Positions 48,782-64,000 of a DNA stretch of 64,000 bases are shown here, piece after piece (the first letter of the stretch is position 1; every line of letters starts with the position of its first letter). The DNA comes from Lobosporangium transversale (taxonomy: Eukaryota): contig NW_019028992.1 in assembly GCF_002105155.1 (NCBI RefSeq), positions 124,001-188,000 on the forward strand. Direction: 5' to 3'. The translations under genes were made by a program, and so were the position numbers. Under the pieces are notes generated by a model. It was not told where the DNA came from, did not search any database, and saw only the letters and a program-made list of their open reading frames with translations.

Positions 48782-51700
48782 ATGACTTCTGACGATTCAT
48801 GCGACAACACTCTTACATTAATGGGCATTGATTCGCATTGTCATTGGGCACAGGGTAATAATAATAAAAGCATTGACAACGAAAACAACAGCAACAATAA
48901 TAATAGCATTTACAGTTGTACAGCATTTGTAGAGGCTGCAAAACCTACTGCAGTCAATGCTGTAACTACCACTACAGTACCCGCTGCAAAAACACTTTTG
49001 CCTCTTACAACAGTATCCACCACAAGTTCAACAATTGTAAGCACAACCAGCAGTTCATCAGCTGGAACATTGGCTGCTATGCATACTTCTGCTGGGACCT
49101 TATGTCATAGCCCTGAACCTCCAAAAGATCAGGACTTAGGTCAGGACGCTGCAATCTGGGTAATGACTGGAACATCTGTTGAAAATAATTGGGCAGTAAA
49201 AGAGATAAAAGAAAAGAGAGAGTGAATGTTCTTATAACTCTTTGTCTTTCGATCGATTCCACTTTGTCCTGTTCACATACGCCGTTATTGACTGACAGCC
49301 GACAACTTACTCTAATCGCTAATTGCTCTCTCCTGCCATATACTTTTCTTTTTTTTTTTTTTTTTTTTTTTTTTGCGTGTTAACCGTATGCTCAACTTTT
49401 TATGGTGCTCTTTTTTTGCTATCCTGGACTGTCCATGGGATTTTATTGTCTGGCCAATCGGCATTATTTCATCTAGCAAGTGTTGGCTGATCTGGATCGC
49501 TATGTCAAGGAGGCCAGGAAGGATCATATTTTACTTGCTGCGGAGATTGAGGATTTAATGGTAGGTGATTCCAATTCTTCTTTATTAGTCTTGACTGTGT
49601 GTTGCCACCGTCCCTAAAGTAAAAACAGAAAAAAAAAATTGTCATCATTTTGCATTGCTTCGCCCTTGAATTTCCCCACCCCCTAACGCGATATCTGCTG
49701 CGGTTTTGAATCAAACATTTACATACAAAAAAAAGACAAGGCTGGTTGATCATTGCTGTCAGCTTGGATTAGATCCTGCAAATGTTACGCATCTGTTGGT
49801 CTTTCCAATAACCACACCTATCACTCTCACAACACGGCGAACTTTGCATCGAGCATGTGACGATCTCTACCAGGTAACTACGCACTTTTTTTTTTTCCCT
49901 CTTTAAATAGTAAAAACGACAGTTAGTCAAAGAAAGCAATTGTAGCCATGAGCATCATGCCAGAGATCAGAGACTAGAGTGAGCTTATGATCTCGATATT
50001 GAATGTATCAATGCTTATGTGGGCCAATTTCGCTTTTATCAATAGGATATCCTAAGACGCAAAGTAAGGATTGAGCGTTGGGTTTCTAGGATCATCACGA
50101 TCGCAGAGAATATTTGCGAGCCACCCGAACGGTATCTCAAGGTATTAAAATTTCTAATGACAATTGCTCTCTAATGCAAAGTTTTAAATATTACATGATC
50201 GAAGACTATTTTCGTATCCATGTGCTGTGCCTGAGCCTTTCTTCCCCCTCTCATCTTCCTCTCATGCATTTATCTAATGCAAATTTGGTTCTATGCATTC
50301 TATTTTTTGATAGACAGATATGCCTTCCATGTCAAGGGCACGTGTGTTGCAGGTAATAAGCCTTTTGCAGGAATAACGAAAAAGAAGAAATAAAAATAAA
50401 ATAAAAAAATAAAAGAAAAGGACTCTCTAACGTCTCATCATATTGTTGCTTGCTACGTGCTATCATTAGCTTGAGAGGACTTATCGTACACTGGAAAAAG
50501 AATGGGTAAGGCCCTCAAGTCTCTTCCAAGTCAATAACTGTGATTATTTACAAAAAAAAAAAAAAAGCCCAAGAGCATTCAATGTTGATTAATTTAACTT
50601 TTATTCGTGCTTTTGTATTGATAGATGGAACGAATGCAACGGTTTCAGTCCATGGTGGGCATGCTACGTGTACGATGGGATCAATGTGCCTACTTTCCTA
50701 TCGATAATTACGACCATGCTCTCAGTAAACTCTTTGAGCTGGCTGAGCTCCATGATGAAACTATGGAATTTTCATTTGTCCGCATTGAGGCTCCGTTGTG
50801 TCTATCACAGGAATGTCTGGCGAGTCTCTCCACAAAGTTGGCGAATCTGGATCAAAGCTACTATACCCGACAAGCAAGGATCAGAGCAATGGAACACATC
50901 CTTAGTTTGATTTATCAAGATCTCAGAATACCAGAAGAAAAAAGAGTGGTATTTAGGAATGAAGCCACTGTCAAGTATGCCGCAGAGGTAATGAGAAGAA
51001 AAAAAAACCAAAAAAAAAAAAAAAAGAAAGCCCCACTCTTTGAGTGAGGCCATTATTGTTACTACTTTCTGCTGCATATGAGCAAGCCCATGCTTGATGC
51101 CTTAACTAAAAATGGCTCTTTGTTTTATTTTATTTCATTTTATTTTGTTTTTGCGCGTTTGTAGCTCGGAAGAGAACTCAAAGGACTGCAATTGGAATTG
51201 AATGCACGTAAACTGTATTTATCTGGAGAATGTTGGGAAGTATTGACAATTGTTTGGGATGCATGCCTTATCAGTGACCAGGAGCGACAGGCATTTAAGG
51301 CTCAGGTTGATCAAGACGGTTAGTGATACAAACAGTCTCGTTTTCTCTTTTCTTTTTTTTTTTTTTTTTTTTTTTTTTGTTATGTATTATTAATATTAAG
51401 TATATAATATAGGCACTACATTCATTGAGAAAGTGAAAACGATCCAGTCAGAGATTGAAAAATGTCGGACGAGGTTCTCAAAATCTAAGGCAGTCTACAA
51501 ACTAATGATGATACGAAGCAACCACATAAAGGTAAGACAGGCATTCTAGGGTATTACAAAATTGATTTTGTAACATGTAAATTGTTGGTCAAGTAACATG
51601 CTGATTGCTCTTGTCTTCTCTCTTGTAACCATAGCGAATGATATCATTTGAGCAGACCGCCAGTGATCCCAAGCGCTTATTCCAACCGTCATTCCGATTA

Positions 51701-52770
51701 GTCGATGAAGAAAAATTTAGACGACGTGCCTATCCAACGCTATTGAAACTTGAGGAGTCGTTGATAGCAGCTATCAAGCAGTTTGAAACCGGTAAGCGAA
51801 CTTTTAAAGACTCAAGAAACAAAAGGTTTGCATTTATCCTGCGGTACCTCAAGCCATGTCTTTGTTTTGTCGTTCTGACTATCTCTTTTTTTTTTTTTTT
51901 TTTTTTTTTTTTGATTTTTATGACCGATTAGAAAATGGAGAGCAGTTCATGTATGATGGCGTCCCGTATATCGAAACTCTTCAGTCCGAAGTTTCAAAAC
52001 GACATGTCAATAAGACCGTGTTCGCAAAGTTCACTCCGAAGATTGTTGCTCCAACCAAGGGTCAAGCTATCCAAATCATGGGCAGATCTTTTTCACCTAT
52101 CCCTGTACCAACTACTCCAACTCAAGTATCACGTCCTCAGAAAACTTCAAAGAGTTCGCTTACTTCTACACACTTAGTCTCTTCACCCTCTGGGCCGTCA
52201 TTAAAGACCAATAAATCCAAAATATCCCCACCACAACCTTCATCGATGCCAGACAGTCTCTCTACATTGTCGATTCATGAATCGCAACTGTTGGATCCAG
52301 TCAAGAATAAGAACAAGGAGCAAAAGTTAAAATTAGGATTGAGCGACGATTTCTCGTCCCTTAAATCATATCTTCTTTCGCATCAACGAGGTATCTCTGA
52401 TGTATCGACTGAATCTTTGGGCTCGAATGATTCTGTGGAAGCAAAGTCATCGGCGTTTTCGCTCTCAATGACTCCAGCCTCCGTCTCTTCGTCCGCATCC
52501 AACTCACCCACGACCGAGACCACTGCCAACAATAGTTCGGGCTCATATTTTGGATCCCCTATATCTTCCACCACCACCAGCCCCGCTAGCTCTGTTTCGG
52601 CAGTTGTATCCCTATTGTCTACCTCACCCCCGGCCCCTACTTCCCTCACTAAACAACAGCAGGTTGCAAGATTGCAGAGACTTGAGCAATTAGCGCTACC
52701 AAAGAACAAGCTCAATGCCGTGGCGAAGCGTCCTCAGGCCAACAACACTGCAAAACGTGTAGCTGCATAA
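48782..52770 (+). CDS. Ase1/PRC1/MAP65 microtubule-bundling family protein, many small exons
   Basis: FEQTASDPKRLFQPSFRLVDEEKFRRRAYPTLLKLE...FETENGEQFMYDG.PYIE, helical N-terminal exons and a Ser/Pro-rich tail. The start codon and 5' exons are tentative. Confidence 0.75.
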
Positions 52771-55438
52771 GTCCTCAAGAAGAAAGAAAAAAAAAAAAAA
52801 AAAAAAAAAAAACACTTGTAATTTATTCCAACCAAAATATATCCTTAAAATCTTGCATCATAGTGAAAATAAATAAAAAAAATAAAAAGCTTATAATTTC
52901 CCATTCCACAAAAACAGATTGACGAGAAGCAACAAGTGTAGCTTCAAGTGATATTGTAAACGGTTGAAATCCAAGGATGATTGAGCTCTATACAAAAAGC
53001 AACTCGAATAATTGAGTGTTTTGAACCAGGATAGGAAGGCCTTGTACTGGGCCTATTAACGCTAATGGCTATATCATTTTTAAATTTCAGAGAGAACGTC
53101 TATTGCAAGTAGGGGAAGAAAGGCAATTTTAAGTTTCGCCACCAAATTTTTATAACATTACCTGTGGAATGAGAGTCATGCCAGGGCTGATGACTGGAGA
53201 ATCAATGGCATAAAGCATAAGAGGGCTCGTCAACGGATCAAGGAATTCTTTGCTGCTGAGTCTCTGGGCCTGGTACTGTACACATCTGCGTATAAAAGTC
53301 GTTAATTGAAGGAGGGTACTTTTAAGTGCAGAGGAGATACATGGATGTGAGTATAACACCTTCAGGTTTGTATAAACAAAAAAAAGGTATATATAATATA
53401 CCTTTATATTCATGTACTTGATTGGGGTACTCATTCGTGGGAATGTTTAATACCTTAAATCAGCGGCTATTATATGGAGAAGGTCAGTCCAAGGAAGTAG
53501 AAACCTTATAGATTAGTCCTGGCTCCCTTCGCCATCATCAGTTTCTATCAGTTCCCTTCAATATCATCACAACTTTACCCCCGCATACGACAATCTGTGT
53601 GAGGCAAGATCGATTCATTACCAGTCCTCATGCAAACAGAAACTTGTGGTGCAATGTCTTTCAGATCTAGTCATGCACCTTATAGAGCTGTTAGGTTTTT
53701 TCAATGTAATCTTATCCGATGCATGGGCCGGAAAAGAGATATGACATGACATCGATTGATCAGTCCTCCTCCTCGACTGTCGTAACATTCGTTGTAATGA
53801 ACAAAGGAAGCAAGGCTCCTGTCGGTTGAATAAATATCCTGGAAGCCTTTTAATCCCCATACGAAACGCAACTTTGCATCGCCACATACACACAAGCGAC
53901 GCACAAATAGCACAAATATGCACCTCATGAGATGAACATGAGAGGTTCAGCGGCAGCTGATCGGAATGTACTATTTTTCATTAATTTGATATAATAATAA
54001 TTTGTATTAAATGTACGCCATGATGCTAATGAATGGACGCATTTGGATGTTGCGTGTTGCTTTTGAAGAATTGATTTATCCACGCCCCCAGTACGGTTGT
54101 AGAGTTGATAATTGATGTCCGACGGGAGCTTTCTTTTTTTCTTTCGCTCATTAACACAGATACACAGACATGCAGAGCAACAGGAACAACGTTTGGTTAC
54201 TTGAATGATAAGCTGTCCTACAGCAAAATAAAATTCATGAGAGCCAAACCAAGTTGTGCTTTGAAAGTGGTTGTATAACACCATGAAGTGCATCTTTAAA
54301 GACGGTTGAGAACAAATAGAAGCCATGATGATAGATCAGCCGGTTTTAACGTTTGCTCTTGTTGCTGGGCTAGTTGATATCGTTTCCTGATCAGGACAAG
54401 TAGCTCTTTCTTCCAAGATGGCGCTCTTTTTCTACCCCACTCTATTCTATCCAGACAGACATATACTTTTTCTATATATTTTTTTTTTTTTGTCCTTTCT
54501 AGGCTATTTTCTCTCATTCGCCTCGTGGTCATATAGCCACAATCTTTTTTTTTACGCCGTTTTGGCCGTCATCATTTATTCTACTACTCTTGGGCTCGTT
54601 TTTTTTTTTTTTTTTTTTTTTTTTGAATTCAATCGCAAAGAGTGGCCTGACCTCAGACAAAAAAGGAATAAAAGAAATGAGTTCTAGCCTGGTCGAAGCT
54701 ATTGCTTAAAGTTGACCTTGATCATGAATTTGTAAACATACATGATGACACAATGGCATGTTTTTGTTTTTGTCTAGCGGTCTAGCGGTCTAGCAATATA
54801 AAACATATATATATAGTATTGTTTCGCGTAGTCCGATATGAATGAAGAATGGAGAGTTACGGGAAGTGGAGTTGTTTTACTACACCCAAATTAATACAGA
54901 GTTGATGAATCTAAGTCGTCCCCACAGCAGACGACTCATTTTAATTTAAATTTCAAATTCAACCTCCACTTCTTTTAATACTTTGTACATATTCAGATCC
55001 TCCTTTTCTGTTGGCCAACATTCCTCTCTTTCTTTTGATCTGTTTCTCCTTTTTTCTTTACTTTGTCTGGCCTATCCTCCTTTACATCCATTAACGACCA
55101 TCAAACATCTCTCTCTCTCTACTCTTCTCACCCTCACCCTCACCCTCGTCCTCATCCATCCAGTCGTCCGATACTCTTAATATCCTTTATTACTCTGCTA
55201 ATCCCTATACACAAGCACGCAAACACATGCTCTTGACCATCCGATCTCCCAAAATTTGACAATTAGCACATTCATTCCTTTTTTTTTGCAGACCAGCAAA
55301 AACAACCCCCTATTCTGCCCCACTCACGTCTTTATCCCCTTGCAGAAACAGTACATCATCAATCAATCCCACTTCCGCTGCATCAACCGTATTAAAGCAT
55401 CGCAGTGAACTACACACCCACGCACAAAATCATACATT

Positions 55439-56196
55439 ATGGGGTTCTTCAACAAACCACTCCTGCCCGCTCGCTATGACAACGAAGATGTACAGATTAG
55501 TGCAGAGCTCTGCTCCAATATTTCTCTCATCATTGTTGGACTTGCCAAGGTATGTTCTTCTCCCCTTCATCTATCCTCCTTACTCTTGGCCTTTGTCTGG
55601 GATCAGAAGGATTAAAAAGAAAAAGGAATCCACACTTTTATATTGGCCCTCCTCTATTCTTGCCCTCGATATGTCTGTTGTTGCTATTGTTATTGTTATT
55701 GTTATTATTGTTTTCATTTTGTTTTATTTCATGTGGGGTTCTTTTTTTAATGACACCTATTCCTGGGAATAATCTGGACCACTAAGAATGGCGATGCATT
55801 TATTTACTTTATTTATTTTATTTTAACGTTTTACACCTTGCATTTTTCCCTTTTTGCTTTTGGTTACACCATCAAGGCAATTTTTTTCTTTCTTTTTATT
55901 TCTTCATTATTTCTTTTTATGTTTGATTTGAACTTGAGAATGAAGGATCGGAGTCAAAGTGTCACATCAGTATAAGGCATCTACACACATGTAAGCGGAC
56001 AAAGGAAGATCCAGTCTAGGCAGAAGAAGGAAAAAAAAGCCGATTTTATTTTCTTTCTTTTTTTCTTCTTTGGTTGAGCCCTTTTTCCATCAAAATCAAC
56101 GGACTGCTTCTCCCATTTGTGAGCACAAAAGCACAAGATTTTTTTTTTATTTTTTTTTATAATTAACAATTTTATGAATGAATATATTTGTTCTAT

Positions 56197-56230
<34 letters not shown>

Positions 56231-57632
56231 GGTGAAATCACGATCCTGAGTGGGAATGAGGACATGATTCATATCAAGACCAGTGTTCAGGCCAAGGAGT
56301 CAATCCTCACCAATGGTGCTGCATTGGAGCCCATCCAAATTGGAGATCACTACACATACACAATCCATACACCTTTAGAGGACAAATTAAAAAGCGCTGT
56401 GACCTTCCAGGTCTTCATCACTATCCCTCGACATCTCGAAAGTCTAGAGTCCTTTACAATCCATGGATCTAATATCGAACTGTCTATCGGAAACATCTCT
56501 CATACTTTCATCCGGACTCTGGCCATCCAGAATTGCCGTGGTGATATCACTCTCGAAGTAAGCCCTCTTCCTTTTTGTAATTGTCATATTTTTTTATTTT
56601 AATGAAAAAAGATACACGTAAAGAATGGCATTAAGAATGCTTTTTTTTTTTTTTTTTTTTTTTTTTATTCAACAATAGAGCTTCTACGGAGAATCGGCTA
56701 TTATCAAGAGCACGATCGCTGGCAGTATATGTGGCAAATACTCAGTCGCGCGATTACTCGCCAATGCTAAATCTGGCAAGATTATATCTGAGGTCCATCT
56801 TCTCAACACTGATGAATCTCAACCACACCCAAAAGTCGTTTGCTCCACTTTGCACCACCCCGTCATCCTCTCTGTTGATGGTACAGATCTCTTTGGTCAA
56901 TTCGCAGTCGAAGCCAAGACTCAATGTCAACCCTTGGACGTGAAGGTCCTGCTTGCAAGCCCACACCAGAGACTTTTAGGCAACTTTATCAACTTTGGAG
57001 GCCCTGCTCGGATCAGGCTCTCAGGCAATTATCAAGGCAGAGTCGAAACTAGGACACTTTATGGCAGGATCATAATTGATGAGCCAGAATTCAAAAAACT
57101 TGAGGGTGCCACGCTTAGTTTACCTTCCCCTAGTGGTTGCAAAACATCCGGATTAAGGCTGTCCAGTCAATTGAATTTTCCACCTTCGGGTGCTGGTACT
57201 GGACTATCTTCATTATCCTCATCCTCATCATCCTCATCCATCTCTTCTTTACACCAAAGCGTCGCAAAATCATCCAGGACATCATCTCAAGGAAGTGTAG
57301 GTTGGGATCGTGATGATCCTCGTCATATCCTATACAGTAACGATCTTAATCATCAAAAGCACCCTTTTGACCAATATTCTAATGTCAACAGCAGTTCTGT
57401 TCCTGGATCGACCATAATACCCTCTGGAGTCAACTCGTACACCAACTCGATCTATGAATCCACCATTGAAACAAAATCGACTGTTACAACTAACTCAGAG
57501 GAGGATCGTAAGAAGAAGAGAGACAAGGAGAAGGAGTCAGTGGTAAAAGAATTGATTGGCACAATTGGTCATGGCGCTGGTTTGATCATGGTGAAGAACA
57601 GAAGTGGTGACATTGCCGTCTCTTTGATTTAG
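55439..57632 (+). CDS. Hypothetical protein with putative adhesin/DUF4097-like beta-strand repeats; exons 55439-55549, 56231-56557, 56679-57632
   Basis: Three exons splice in frame through GT-AG introns. Repeated short beta units ending GxI (NCRGDITL, IAGSICG, KSGKIISEV, LYGRIII, NRSGDIAVSL). Confidence 0.6.
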
Positions 57633-58128
57633 AAAAGGGAACTGTAATGGTTGTATATCAAAATTGGTTCTTTTTTTTTTGCATTTTTAGCATTTCATCT
57701 CCATTTTTCTTTCTTTTTTGGTTAAACATCTTCTTAATAATAGTCAACAACTGTATAGATATTTTTATTCTATTTAACTTCTCTCCAACTGTTGTATAAT
57801 CAGATTAAAGAAAAAAAAAAGTATCATTTTATCAAATTAGAGGACAATCTTAGTAGATACAGACAAATTATGGCAATGTAGTGCTCGCTCTTCATGGAGA
57901 TCGCCGCCTTTATTGAAAAAATCGTAGTGTAAAATATTTCGTGTGGAGAAATCACCTGACTTAAAGAACATATACTTTTTTTATATTTGTCGTATTTTAT
58001 TTTATTTCATATTTACACAAACAAGCATCATTGCCTATTTCGAATATACAAGATGGAATTGGAAACATCAGAAAAAAAAAAAGATGTGTGTACGTGTGTG
58101 CGTGTATGAGGATGTACATTTTAATGCT

Positions 58129-59852
<1,724 letters not shown>

Positions 59853-60328
59853 GATTTAAATACTTATAATGTTTTATGCGTGGGAATACGAAGGAGTTGA
59901 AGAGGAAAGATGAGGAGAAAAAGAAAGAAAAAGAGGAAAGCTGCGTGGGATAATCAGCCCTGGGTTTTATTTAATTTGGGGTGCACTGCAAGACTGAATC
60001 AAGTTGTCTCACGGCTCTAAACATTAGGACATTGGAGCACCCCAGTTAGTTCACAATACAGTGCCTGCCTTCGCGTACGTAGAAAGAGAATCCATTTGGA
60101 CAGAGCCATGTAATGTTTACATGGGCTGTTCCATTCATTTCTTCTTTCTTCTGCCGCAGTATTTATTTGTGTGTTACCTGATTTGGTTCTTCCGTCCTTA
60201 ATGATGCTCAACAAATCCCTATCTCAATGGATATCGATATATACCATCCGATTAGAGAGAGGAGGATTTTTATTTATTTATTTATTTTAGTGAAAGAAAA
60301 AGAGCAATGCGTTACAGAGAAAGGTGTT

Positions 60329-64000
<3,672 letters not shown>

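Noticed and set aside
52900..55400. Short ORFs and small repeats (tctagcgg near 54773; 7-bp hairpin at 54914-54936) in the gene-free gap
   Set aside because: No recognisable domain, no consistent exon chain and no TIR/LTR or transposase remnant.

Overview
This is a gene-dense, intron-rich eukaryotic window. Gene content, short GT-AG introns and long A/T homopolymers suggest an early-diverging fungus, possibly Mortierellomycota/Mucoromycota (inference only). About 20 protein-coding loci can be reconstructed by hand-splicing: a ferric reductase-like protein, an HTD2-like hot-dog dehydratase, PEX6, a GUP1-type MBOAT, HOM6, a securin-like protein, a GT17 glycosyltransferase, a Crz1-like C2H2 factor, RLP24, WDR24/RTC1, a LisH-CTLH-WD40 protein, a CNPPD1-like cyclin, an ADP-ribosylglycohydrolase, a CLD1/ABHD4-5-type hydrolase, a DUF2470 membrane protein, THO2, a damaged Serinc copy, an Ase1/PRC1-like protein, a beta-repeat protein, GAPDH and a 5'-truncated MTR4. 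No transposase, rRNA, tRNA or CRISPR array was recognised. The strongest leads are: (i) an unassigned ~420-nt multi-hairpin segment at 19045-19465, a candidate structured ncRNA; (ii) a candidate securin recognisable only by short motifs; (iii) ATCWGATAA iron-GATA-type sites upstream of a ferric reductase that carries an unusual 2-TM insertion, plus a related palindrome before the DUF2470 gene; (iv) a Serinc copy with a lost splice donor and a premature stop; (v) a membrane-anchored CNPPD1-type cyclin. Family assignments come from remembered motifs, not database searches, and exon boundaries were inferred by eye.
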